NCBI RefSeq assembly: GCF_009914755.1
Contig: NC_060930.1
Direction: 5' to 3' (one strand)
Length of the DNA stretch: 64,000 nt
Source of the DNA: the human T2T-CHM13v2.0 reference genome, Homo sapiens
Shown here: piece by piece, positions 1 to 14,718 of the stretch
How positions within the stretch are numbered: the first letter of the stretch is position 1
Layout of the letters: each line of letters begins with the position of its first letter
Program-made: the position numbers and the translations under genes
Notes under the pieces: model-generated
Told to the model about the DNA's origin: nothing
Seen by the model: only the letters and a program-made list of their open reading frames with translations
The model's database searches: none

Positions 1-262
1 GGAAGGCCAAGGTGGGTGGATCACCTGAGGTCAGGAGTTCAAGACTAGCCTGGCCAACATGGTGAAACCCTGTCTCTACTAAAAGTACAAAAATTAGCTG
101 GGTATGGTGGCAGGCACCTGTAACCCCGGCTACTTGGGAGACTGAGGCTGAAGAATCGATTAAGCCTGGGAGGCGGAGGTTGCAGTGAGCTGAGATCACA
201 CCTGTTGTACCCCAGCCTGGGCAACAGGAGCGAAACTCTGTCTCAAAAGAAAATAAAATAAA
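1..262 (+). mobile_element. AluS (cut by window edge)
   Basis: Alu body with linker and A-rich tail. Confidence 0.95.
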
Positions 263-537
263 CTGGTCTGAAAAGGAACACATGGCTTTTGAGTATTTAG
301 TAAATAAACCTGGCATGGCAAGAAACAACTTCTAATAAAACTATGGAATTAATAATCTTTAAAAAACAAAATGGACCCTGGTGTTTCAAACATGTCACTA
401 TCAAATACTCAAAACAGCAGATAATTACAGAACTCAACTATGTGTCCAACTCAATGCTGTGTATCCCCCTTCTGATTATAAGCCCAACTGAAATAGTTTT
501 ATTACTTTTTAAATAACCACAAGTGATACAAACTTCA

Positions 538-2012
<1,475 letters not shown>

Positions 2013-2847
2013 AGTTGATGCCTATTTCAGAGAGGGGACAGACAGGTCCATGTAGCCGGATCAGTGACAATGAGAATGTTGTCAACAACAATGTTGGGTA
2101 GCAAGGAGTATCTGGTGGGCCTGGTCCTCAGAGTTCTTAAAATTATGCCACGTGGGTGACCCTTCCCTCTTCTTTTTTTTTCCTCTCCAGAACATTTATT
2201 AAGTGCCCACTATGTGTCAAGCACCCAAGTTAGGTCTGGGCCATGCCCAAAGGTCCTGCCCATGGGCAGGATTGACCACAACCCTTACTTGCAGAATAAA
2301 GGTGATGCCATCAGCCAGTGTAATGGGAGCATCTGCTCTTAGATTCCAGGCAGGGAGTTGCTGGTCTTTGTGCCTCTGCAGAGCTCCACCTAGAACTGAA
2401 AAGGGTGGGGCACGCCTGCCACTACCACACAGGCCCCCTCCAGCCCCAGACCCCTGTCTGAACTGGCAGAAAGTGGGCAACCCTGCCAACTCTCCTGAGG
2501 CAGTCATAGAGAACAATTACAAATGCCACATCAGGGGGCCACAGACAGATTAATGGGTTATGTCAAGGATGGCAGTTTTATCTGTTTTGTCTTTAATGTC
2601 AATAGTGTAAAAATACTAAACATTAAAAAGCAATCACTCAGTATCTCACCATTGTATTTTTAAAATACAAAAAAAACCATTCAGCAGAGGGTGAGAGCAT
2701 GTACCCTGGGTAAGCACGAGTGGGCATGAACTGGGGACAGAGGTGAGTCCTGGGGACATATAACTGGATGGAACAGCTGTGCATGTGAGCCTGGTTCTTG
2801 CTTGTGCTGACCCAACCCATTTTTCTGTTTTTCCTTTTTTTTTCCAG

Positions 2848-3231
2848 GCTTTCTCCATATTTACGTGCTTGTAACTCTGGCATGACCTTTGCTCCAGTCT
2901 CTACCAGAGGGCGGTGCCTGGATTGAAGTGGAAAAGCCCTGTTTTCCAGCCATGACCCAGGGAGCAAGCACTGACTCCTCAGGGGAACAGGAGACCTGCC
3001 AACTAGGACCCTGGGAGCCCCCATGCTGGCAGTGCCCTGGGTCATCTCAGGCTCATCAGCAAATCCTGGGGGGAGAGCGGGGCTGGAGGGCGAAGAAGCC
3101 CAGGAGAGTTCCTGGCTCAGAACCCCTCTCTGAGGCTCCCGATACAGAGCCCAGGCCCCACACCCAGAGCCTCTGAGTATTTTTGTTTATTGTATGTAAA
3201 ATACTAGTGTATTTTTGTTTAAGTCTCACAG
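2848..3231 (+). ncRNA. TRAF3IP2-AS1: Candidate exon of antisense lncRNA
   Basis: Branch-like gctgac (~2806), 25-nt pyrimidine tract and AG at 2846-2847, possible donor CAG|GTAAAC at 3231/3232. An antisense lncRNA overlapping TRAF3IP2 is known, but this exon assignment is inference. Confidence 0.45.
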
Positions 3232-3249
3232 GTAAACAGGTTCTCTCAT

Positions 3250-3790
3250 ACTTTGCCAAGGGAAATGTAATCTGTGCAATTTGGCAATAACTATCAGAAT
3301 TTTAAAAGCTTATGCCCTTTGACCTAGTAATTTCACTTCTAAGAATTTCCCCTGCAGAGATATGTATATCTTGTATGAAATGAAGAGGCTACGAAGACAG
3401 GCAACGCCGCAGTGTTTATAATAGCAAAGACCAGACACAACCCACATGTCTAAAGGTTCTGATTTTTAAAACTGTAGTATATCTGTACAATGAGCACTCC
3501 ACATCCTTTAAGAATGAGGAAGGGCTGTGTGAACTGAAATGGAACTATCTCTAAGATTTATTAAGTTAAAAAAATTCAAGAGTAGCACAGTGTGTAGGGT
3601 ATGCCATCATTTGTATGATATAAGGTCGTATATCTGCCATCTCAAATGAGGAACAGTGGTTGCCTCTGGGAAGGGAATTGGATGGCTAGGAATGGGGTAG
3701 GAAAGAGGTTTGCTTTTCAGAACATTTTATACTATTTAAGTTTTGTAACAAGTGCATCTATTTTGACTTAAAAGATAAAAAATGAAAAGG
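3250..3790 (+). mobile_element. Ancient L1M 3' fragment
   Basis: gcaatttggcaata...ccctttgacctagtaatttcacttctaagaattt, typical of L1M ORF2 end / 3'UTR. Confidence 0.7.
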
Positions 3791-3989
3791 AAAGGCTCCA
3801 CTAGTGATTCTGATGCTCACAAAGATTAAGAACCAATGCGAATGAGGAACTCATGACACCGCCCAGGAGACAGTGAACATATCTCTTCAAATATCAAAAA
3901 CCTTTCAGCAGAGGGTGAGAACATGTGCCTGGGGTAAGCATGGGTGGGCATGAGCTGGGTACAGAGGTGATTCCCAGGGACATACAACT

Positions 3990-4216
3990 ACCTTGCCCTC
4001 CTGGGATCAGGTCTTCCTCCCACCTTAGCCTCCCATATTGTTGGGACCACAGGCATGCACCACCACACCTGGTTAATTTTTTTTTTTTTTTTTTTTTGTA
4101 GCGACAGAGTCTCGCCATGTTGCCTAGGCTGGTCTCGAACTCCTGGGCTCAGGCAATCCTTCTGCCTCGTCCTTCCAAAGTGCTGAGATTACAGGCATGA
4201 GCCACTGCACCCAGCC
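3990..4216 (-). mobile_element. AluJ-like element lacking its 3' end
   Basis: Left arm, T-rich linker and partial right arm; no tail. Confidence 0.85.
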
Positions 4217-4451
4217 TGACAGTAGCTTTTAATCTCTGGACTCTCATCACCGTTTGGACTGTGAGCTGTGGTTCTAGCTCTTGGATCTGATGGGCATCTT
4301 CCCTCAAATATGTCAGTTTCTCTCTCCAGGTCCCTTGCTTTGTCTTCCTTTTTGCCTCCTCGGGCCTGATACCTTTCTCTGGGCTTCTCTACTCTGCCCC
4401 GAGCTGCCTAGTTTTGCGAATAATGTCACATCCAGATGTCAGCAGCCCTGA

Positions 4452-4514
4452 TGTCCATGTGACAATGCTCCCTTGCTGTCCATGTGACAATGCTCCCTTG
4501 GTGTCCCAGTGACA
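4452..4514 (+). repeat. 25-bp tandem repeat, ~2.5 copies
   Basis: tgtccatgtgacaatgctcccttg(c/g) at 4452-4476 and 4477-4501, partial third copy at 4502-4514. Confidence 0.95.
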
Positions 4515-4929
4515 GATTTTCCCATGCTTCACCCTCTCTCTTTTTTAATTTTTTTTTCTGTACACAGCTCTCAGTCAAGCCCCTTGAGCTGCCTCCAACT
4601 GTTTGCTCATGTCTGTTCCCAGCAATCTTTTCCTCTTTTAGCACAATCTTCCTTAACTTACTAGTTTTTTGAAACAGAGCCTATTAGTCTTCACAGCGCT
4701 ACCTTTCTGATCTCAGAGTTCACCAAAAAGCTTTTCCTCCCATCATGCCTGCCTCCCTTTCTTCAGGTCCGTTAGAGTCCACCGTGGCCTGTGTGGGAAG
4801 CAAGTCTCTCCCAGGGCACACATGAACAGACTTCATGCCCACATCCACAGTGAACAGTGGCTTCTGCCTTCCAGATGGGCTTACCCTAAATCAACACATA
4901 TTCCTAGGATGTGGGAACATATGCAATAC

Positions 4930-5185
4930 TTAAATGCACAGGCTCTGGGTTCAGACTCCCTAGGGTTAAATTCTCCCTGTGCCGGCTAGCTGCATGATTA
5001 GATTTGTGATCTTGACAAAGTTACCTAACGTCTCTGGGCCTCACTTTTCTCATCTGCAAAATAGGGAAAATAGCAACACTTCTCCATAGGGGTGTGGTGA
5101 GGATAAAGAGTAGATGTAAATAAAGTGTTGAATGTAGAGCCTGGCACATATCAAGCTCTTAAAAAGCAATGGCCATTTTGTTATT
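4930..5185 (+). mobile_element. MIR
   Basis: MIR core gtgatcttgacaaagttacctaac...tctcatctgcaaaataggg. Confidence 0.8.
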
Positions 5186-5544
5186 TTTACCGCAACGACA
5201 ACTGCAGTTATTATCTGGCTTCAGAGCTCTCTTTTTAAAAACAGTATTCCCTGGTTTTACACCCAGGTGCTAATACTATTCTATGAAGCTAATGTATAGA
5301 GACCATATCTTTTTAACAAACGTGTATATATGAGTCATTTCCGGCACATTTGATACACATCATCTCGTTTGGTCCTTAAAACAAGCCTAGGCCATAAGCA
5401 GGGTACGTGTTACCACTTTGCCATTCCTGTTTTACAGAGGCTTAGACACATTGAGAAGCTTTTCCATAGTCACTTAACAAGTGATGGGTGAAGCCAAATC
5501 AAGCCTTTAGATCTCCAAGCTCTTTCCATTAAACCATATAAATC

Positions 5545-5760
5545 ACGGGTTGGCAAACTTTTTCTGCAAAGGGGACAGATAGTAAATAGTTTAAGCCTTA
5601 TGGGCCACATGCTGTGTCTGTTTCATATTCTGCTCCTTTTTTATTTTTATTTTTTTTAAGAAAAGACACCCTTTAAACATATAAAAACCATTCTGAGCAA
5701 CAGGCTGGTGCTAAAAACAGGTCATGGTAACCATTGGCTCTAGGGTTGTAGTTTACTGTT
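5545..5760. mobile_element. MER58-like hAT DNA transposon
   Basis: gggttggcaaactttttctgcaaagggg..agatagtaaata terminus. Confidence 0.7.
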
Positions 5761-5844
5761 GATATAGATTGTACACTGATAAGCCAAAATACAAACCTAA
5801 TGAAACTGACATACTTAAGGAACTTTACTCTTTGTTAGCAATCA

Positions 5845-6090
5845 TTGTTAATATTTATTGAATGGTGACTACGTGGGAAATGCTGTTCCAAGTGTGATAG
5901 ATATATTAACTTACTTAATCCTCACACCCACTCTAATTTCCTAAGTACTATTGTCAGACTCATTTTACAGACAGGAAAAGCAAGGCATAGAGAAGGTAAG
6001 TAACTTTTCCGAGGTCACATGGCTATTAAGTAGCAGAGCTGTGATTCAAATATAAGCGGTTTGGCACCAGATCCTGTGCACTTAACCGCT
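5845..6090 (-). mobile_element. MIR
   Basis: cattttacagacaggaaa...aggtaagtaacttttccgaggtcacatggct (reverse MIR core). Confidence 0.8.
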
Positions 6091-6204
6091 TGCATCTCGG
6101 TTGGGAGCACTGACTGGTTCAGCTATTGGGAGGGAAGAAAGGGGATGGGGAAGCCACATAACCCCTAGGAGATTCTGTAATAAATATGCTTCAGAGCCAT
6201 TCAC

Positions 6205-6223
6205 CTTGAAGCTGAGGAGGCAT
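6205..6223 (-). CDS. TRAF3IP2: First 19 coding nt of the long TRAF3IP2 isoform (MPPQLQ plus first base of E)
   Basis: Reverse complement of 6205-6223 is ATGCCTCCTCAGCTTCAAG, followed by donor GTGAAT at 6204-6199. Confidence 0.85.
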
Positions 6224-6327
6224 GGAAGCAGGCCACCTGTGTTCTGTACAGCATCACCAGGCTGGAAATCTGCCATGGCTTTCCTTCACGCCATCACAAG
6301 AGGATACAGATGAGGCTGCAGAGGCAT

Positions 6328-6450
6328 CTTGATTTGAGAAAAGCATTTGACTGGATCTCATTAAATTTTAATCATTAACTGAATTCAAAATAAATTGAAA
6401 ACTGGTTGACAGAGCACCAACAAAGGGTGATGATAAATGGTGATGCATCT
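6328..6450 (+). mobile_element. CR1/L3-type LINE reverse transcriptase remnant
   Basis: One frame reads LDLRKAFD (6328-6351) ... IENWLTEHQQRVMINGDAS (6394-6450), matching the CR1 RT pattern LDFSKAFD...WIxNWLxxRxQRVVING. In-frame stops lie between the blocks. Confidence 0.65.
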
Positions 6451-7277
6451 AGAGGGGAGCTATCTTCCAGGGGACAACTCTAAGGCAAGGACGGATGGGA
6501 TTTAATGAAGGTGTTATGTCCCCAGAAGAAGACAAATAGCACAGCAAGGAACAGAGGAAGGACAGGAGTGAGCAGCCTGAGTAATTAATAAACCATATTA
6601 ACAGCTCCTCCATAATCAGGCCTTGGTGATCACAACTGCTTGGATTTTTTCTTAAGCTTTCTTTGAGTCAGGAATAGGTTTGAAGCGTCCTAGAGACACA
6701 CAGCATGAATATTTCAGGTGGACATTAAAAAGAAATCTATAAATTTACAGCTGGGAGGATCCTGAGATCTACTTCGGATCAGAAGCTTTCAATTACAAGA
6801 TTCCCAAGGCCTTACTTCATTCCCCAGAGAGTAATCTTTTTAATAAATGTCCAAAAGTCATGGATTTAAAAAAAAATCTTTAAACTCATTAATGTCCTTT
6901 GTTTCCTGCCCAAATGCATGCAAACTTTCATAACACTGGTTTGCTGAGTGGAAGGTTGGTTTTGAGTGAACTGTTTGGCTCAGATTCAAACTCCAATGAA
7001 CAAATACTTCCAAGTTTACTTGCTGAATTTCCCATACAGAGAAGTTCTTCCACTGGGCTTGCCAGAGGATTTGAAACAGTGGTGAGCCCTGGAAGGAAGG
7101 GAATATTTACTGGCCCTTGGACATAAACCCAGCACAGTAAGACTCACATCAGGCTGAAGGCAGTGCAGTATGAACCGACCTGATTTGAGGAAGTTTGCTC
7201 TGGGACTCCTCTGAGCTACTAAATGAGGAGGAGAAGGACTAATGGGAACACACTGACTCCATCACATTAGAAGTTAT

Positions 7278-7370
7278 AATAAACATTTAGAGAACAACCT
7301 CAAACCAGCCCATGTTTTTTTTTTTTTTTCTGTCGTTGTCATTGTTTTGGTTTTTGTTTTTTTGTTTCTT
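7278..7370 (+). terminator. Plus-strand polyadenylation signal, candidate 3' end of the antisense lncRNA
   Basis: AATAAA at 7278-7283 followed ~30 nt later by a long U/GU-rich downstream element (7314-7370). Confidence 0.5.
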
Positions 7371-8075
7371 CAGATAAGATGGTTTCTCTAAGCACATGTG
7401 TGATCCCTAATTCAGCCACAGCCACGGAGTGAAGGAGAGGAAGGGGTAGAAAGGAAAAACCAAGAGAGGAAGAGGAAGGGAGAGAAAGGAAGGAAGGAGA
7501 ACGGAAGAGAAGTAAGGAAAGTGGGGAAACGCTGAAGGATTTTTTTGTATTTGCCTTTTATTGGTGTAGGAGAGACACTTATTTACTTGTAATTTGTATG
7601 TAGTGCTGGGTATGAGAAGGGGCAGTTGGAAGAGAAGGGAAAGAATGAATATAGGTGAAAGGTAAGAGTGTCATAGGGTAAGCTGGGAGGCCAGGAAGAG
7701 TTTGGACAGACAGCTCAGAGTAGGAAGAGAGTTCAGAGCGGGGAGGGAGACCTGTTGACTCTGGGAAGGGGAAAGGGAAAAAACACTGGCATCCTGACTG
7801 CAGGGAAACAATGAGGCAGCGGAGAGCAAGTATCCCTCATTGCTGAGGGAGCTGCCAAGACCCCAGGCAGCCTCAGTCTGTGGGGTGCGGCCTGTGGGGT
7901 GCGAGGAGAGGGGCACAGGCTGGGAGCTCCGGTCAGTCCTGGCCCTCCTAAAGGGCTTGAGTTCAGCTGCCTTATCAGGGAACCAAGCCAAACCAGCACA
8001 GACCTAAGGATCACCCCATGGATGGAAGCCCACCCTTCTTCAGCCAGTCTACAACTCCTGGTATCCGGGAAGGTC

Positions 8076-8139
8076 TGTGCACACACAAGGTGTGCACACA
8101 CACACACACACACACACACACAAGGCGTGCACACACAGC
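8076..8139. repeat. Compound (CA)n microsatellite inside three GTGCACACACAAGG-like units
   Basis: Read directly; (CA)14 at 8095-8122. Confidence 0.9.
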
Positions 8140-10199
8140 TACAGAGTGAGCTGAGTAGTCACAGCCAAGCACATGTGTGCTTCTAGGAGGCCTGCTGGGC
8201 ACGGGAGGCAAAGACCATAAGTGGGAGAAAGGACAGCCTGAGTTTCATGAACTAAAAATATCTTGGTGACAACGCATTGGGAAGAAACAGGAGAGGCCCG
8301 GGGGGCAGCTTCTTGATTCCAGTCCTCAGACACTTTCTCATGGAAAAATCCTTCAGACTGCAGGATTGTTTTGATAAGGAAATGTGATCAAACATTAGGG
8401 GTCATTTCATTGGATCTGAAAGGAATTTAAAGTTGAATATGCCTCATCTGTGTTCACTCTTTTTTTTCTGCAGCAGTTGCCTGCAATTCATATATGTTTT
8501 TAGAAGCTAATTTAAAATTGCCTGCAGAAGAAAAATGATTTGAATTCAGGATATTCCTGAGATTTCCATTCTACAATGTGTAAAACAAAGATTTCATTTA
8601 GACAAACTACCCCACCATAATCTTTCTGAATGCCTGTTGAAGAATGCCTGCAGATATGACTGTCTTCTCCTCTTCTTTTTCTTTTCAGAGCATTTGAAAG
8701 TCACTAACTCCTTAATCCCGGGAGAAGCAGGCTTTAACATTTCCTGTCTCTACACCTTCCAAAAATGAGTAACCCTGAGTTAAGAACCTTTCTATCCGAC
8801 ATGTTGGTACATTACTCAGACCTCACTTCTGTTTAACCCACCCCATGCAAGGAACAGAGCAGAGTAACTACATTATCCATCTTTTGATGCTCCATCATGG
8901 AGTGACTGGTAGCTGCAGCAGCAGATTAAGAATGACTGTGGTGTGTGGCCTTTAAGGATTAGAGCGAGGCTGGCAAGTGCACAACAGTTAGCCTGCTTTC
9001 AGATAATGGTGCATCGTTGTTTGAAAATAAAATCAGGAACTCATTGCAGGTGAAATATCTTGAAATTCCTGTCCTTTCATCCCAGGGGAATAGAGAGAAA
9101 TGCCTAAAAACATGACACGGACTACACCAGGACATCCCACAGAAACCAAAAGTCCTGCACCAGCCCATCCCAGTCAGCTAGGGCCTGTTTGAACTGTATT
9201 GATGGCAAGTAATTGCCAAAAAGAAACAATGACAATTTTTTTTTAAGTCACGGTCTGGAAAAAGTTAAGGATTCTGTGTATCCGCCATCTAATAATGTCT
9301 CTAATCACAGTCATCACCCTTACATGGTATTAGGATGTGTTTCATAGTTTCCCTTCCCCTCCCATTAAAGGCCCCACACACAGTGACTGGTCCAGCTGAG
9401 GAGTGGTTTCCAGGTCCAGCTACAGCAGTAACTCTGGCTTCTGGAGCTGGGCTTGTCTGCCAGTTCTCTGGCCTGCCTTGACTCTGTGGACAATAGCACA
9501 GACTATCCTTCCTGGGTAACCCAAATGGGACATGAACTAATTCGAGAAACTCCCTGTTTTCTCCTATTTGGCTAGAGCCAGTAATAAGGCCTCAATTCCA
9601 GGCAGCCCTCCCGCAGAGACACGTGTCTCCCAGCCTTTCGCCCTGACTGCTGCTTTACCTCTTGCCTTGAGAGCAGACGAGTGAAACAGAAATCAAAGCA
9701 GTTGACATGGAAGGGGGGTGAGCACCTACTAGGCATTTGGTAGCATGCTGGATTCTGGGAGGTAGAAAAATATCAGGAAACAAAGTCCTTTCCTCAAGGG
9801 GGTAACCAACTGGTAGTGGGAGGTAAAATTAAAATATGTGAATAATCGGTAAACAAAACAAGTCTTGAAGACCACCCATTACCACTACCCCTCTGGGACT
9901 ATCCTGGCTTTGTTTTATAAGGGAATTTGACACACTCATGTTAGATCACCACCCCCCATCAATTTACTGATGAAGAAATCCAGGCTTAGTGGAGTCAGAG
10001 TGAATTGCCTAAGTCATGGAACCACAAGAAGTGAAGAACTTGAAACCAAGTTTCTTGTCCTTTTAAAAAATTTGGCCTCTTGTTCTCCTGTTCCTTTAAA
10101 AAAAAAAAATCCCCCTATTCTAAGATACCATCTTGAACTTGAAAGTCACAAGAAGCTTGATTAGCTTCTAAGATCAAGTTCTGGCATTTCTCCCCCTTG

Positions 10200-11280
10200 T
10201 TCCCAAAGGCTCCGTCCAGCGCCAGGCTGGGAGGGCTGGAGGGCGGCTGCGGAGAGGGGCCGGGAGGCGGCTCACAGCCAGCACAGAGCTCAGCAGAACT
10301 TCCTGGCCCAAAAATGTGCTGTTGATTTTTTTCCCCCCTGCACGAAACAAGGATTGAGAAAACTGCCACTGACGTGTTCTGGGGCTGAAAGCCAATTACT
10401 TAATCTTTGCCATCCCTGGCTCTCTCTTTGGAGAAGTGGGGCTTGAATTCTTGAGAGAAACTTGTGGGGACACTAAGTACCCAAACGAATGGTTCCCAGG
10501 CAGCTCCGAGCTGTCCCCGTGTGCGAGCCTCCTCTCCTCAAAGGGTTAACCCGGCGGGGCTCGCTGGCCTGAAATACTATACTAGCAACACATCCTTGCA
10601 GCACAAACTTCACTGTCATTTTCTCAGCTAAGATGGTCTCTGTGCGAACAAGTTAAAGGAGGGGAGACGAACACAGAGGAAAGTAGAGGCAGAATGTTTC
10701 AGTAAAGGAGAAACAGCGTGCTTTGGGAAATAGGTCAGAGGTGAAGAAATAAGACCAGGCAAGTGGCAACTCCGAATAACTTACCTTAGATCCACCACGG
10801 ACAGACAGACTGGGCCCGGAGGGTAGTCGGCTCTCGGCGGCTTCTCGTCTCCCTCCACCTTCTCCGGGCCCAGGTAAGTAGAAGAACAGGCTCTGAAGCA
10901 GGAAGTGGAAGCTGTATGCAAATTTCTACGGAGCCTAGGAAGCCTCTGCTCAAAATCTCCCTGTGGGCAGTGAATCAACGGCTGAGGAGTCACTTTATTT
11001 CTTAAAACAGAAACCTCCTTCATTCATGAGAAAGGGCCAGTGACCAATTAGGCGGCATTTTTGTTTTCGCCACCCAGCTAAGAAGCTGCCCAGGAGTGGG
11101 CAGAACCTCAGTGTAGTCGCAGTGCCCTCGCCTGGGAGGGTGTCTCCGGGAGGAGATTGAACTCGAATGTTAAGAATTAGTAATCATTAGCAGCTCCAAA
11201 GGAGGGGATTGTGGGCAGATAATGGGGAAGAAGAGGGAGTCGAGCTTCTTCCACCTCCTCTAACTGCTTAAAACATCAGC
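10200..11280. promoter_or_regulatory. TRAF3IP2 promoter / CpG-enriched region
   Basis: CpG and GC enrichment in unique sequence around exon 1; ETS motif CAGGAAGTG at ~10899-10907; CCAAT at 11044-11048; G-tracts at 10229-10264; no clear TATA. Confidence 0.7.
10785..10894 (-). other. TRAF3IP2: TRAF3IP2 non-coding exon 1 (TSS side approximate, may extend further right)
   Basis: Perfect donor AAG|GTAAGT (plus-strand acttac|ctt, 10779-10787), in CpG-rich sequence. Confidence 0.85.
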
Positions 11281-11283
11281 ATT

Positions 11284-11631
<348 letters not shown>

Positions 11632-12429
11632 TCACTGACCATGCTCCTGGACACACGTGTACACACAGCATACACATGCCTGTGGCTTGTGCACACACAC
11701 CACCCTATTGTCAGGCACAAAAAAAGTGGTTAATTTTAAGAACACACACACACACATACATACACATGCACACATGCACACTAACCTCCTCTGGCTGCAT
11801 TTTCCTGACCTCAAGATTTTTTTTCTCCCCTTTCCTTCCCATTGTTTAATCAGTAGCCTGCAGAATTTATTGCATGAAGGAGCGCTGCAGGCAGGATGAT
11901 ACCCAGCGATGTGAACAGAGAGAGAGAGAGACAACTGCCTTTCGGGGCAGCAGTCAGTAATGGGAGCAGTGTTAGCTGGAGCTTTGGAGTCAGGAGGACC
12001 TGGGTACGAACTCAGCCATGTCACTGGCCAGCTGGGCGCCCTGGGCAGACACACCATGCTCCTGGTGCTGGACTTGTCTGCCTGTTGAAGGGGTCCAAGT
12101 GTCAGTCCACTCAGCCGGCTATCTCTCTACTCTCATCAAGGGGACAGGCCCCAGAGCATCCCTGTTCAGATTGTACCAGGTTCTGCTCAAGCAGGATACA
12201 GGAAGCAGGTTGCTCAACATTCCACAAGCAGAGAAAATGCAGCTTGTTTTTAACACAGTATACACAGGTTGTTTGCATTTGGTTTGCAGAAAATGATGCA
12301 GCTATTAAAAATCATCAATATGTATGTATTATCTGAGCCACTAACATGAAAAAGTGGCTCTGAGATATTATTTAACTAAAAGTATTATCTTATTTTTTGC
12401 CAATATATGTGACATATACACACACATAG

Positions 12430-13735
<1,306 letters not shown>

Positions 13736-14462
13736 CAACATATAGATTTGTGTTTGCTCACCACTGGGCCCCAGGGGACCTAGCACACTGCCCTGCCTAG
13801 GACATTGTGGGCAATCACTGTGTATCTGTTCAGTGACCAAGTTAGAAATATCTGGAAAGATGTATGCCAAACTGTTTAGTGGTGCTCACTTCAAGGGAAT
13901 GCGATTGAGGAAAATAAATAAGGATAGAGGGCTTTATGATATATACATATGGACTATTTGATTCTTTTTTTCACAATAACATGTAGGACTTTTTCATTTA
14001 AAAGAATGAAGTTTTTTAAAAAAGATTTATTACCTTGGCTTTGAAGTTTCTGCTTCAAAATTATTATTAGAGTCATCTTTTGGAGGGTAGGAAAAAATAG
14101 CATTTTCTGTGGTCCGGTTGGTACCAGGATACTTTGAGAGAGCTACTGGAGTTAGGAAATGGGAACGGAAAAGCAAAGAAGAATGGCAAGGGGAGGAGCT
14201 AGCAGGGAGAGCGAGGGGAGCAGGAATGGAAATATTTTTCATTTCTCTTTGTTGTCCTTAAATGGATTGGGAAAGGCCTGAAGATGCTCTGCCGAGTACC
14301 ACCTCTGAAATACAACCCGCCAGGGAGAACAAAGGGAAACTTTTCTCCAGTTCTCCACCAACTGTTTTCCTGGGTGTGAGACCTAAGAGCCCTGTAGGAA
14401 GAACACAAGTGCCGAAGTGCTGCTTTTCATTGCTGTTGGCTGGGCCTTCCTCTTGTCTACAG

Positions 14463-14718
<256 letters not shown>

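Larger units (their letters stand above)
6205..6479 (-). other. TRAF3IP2: TRAF3IP2 cassette exon (5'UTR plus start of long isoform); acceptor at 6480-6481 or alternatively 6316-6317
   Basis: Donor is clear. Candidate acceptors on minus: tcccatccgtccttgccttag| (exon from 6479) and tcaagatgcctctgcag| (exon from 6315). Sequence alone cannot choose between them. Confidence 0.55.

Noticed and set aside
10781-11023. 80-aa minus-strand ORF over exon 1
   Set aside because: Starts upstream of the likely main TSS, stops within the splice donor and resembles no known protein. At most a uORF in long 5' variants.
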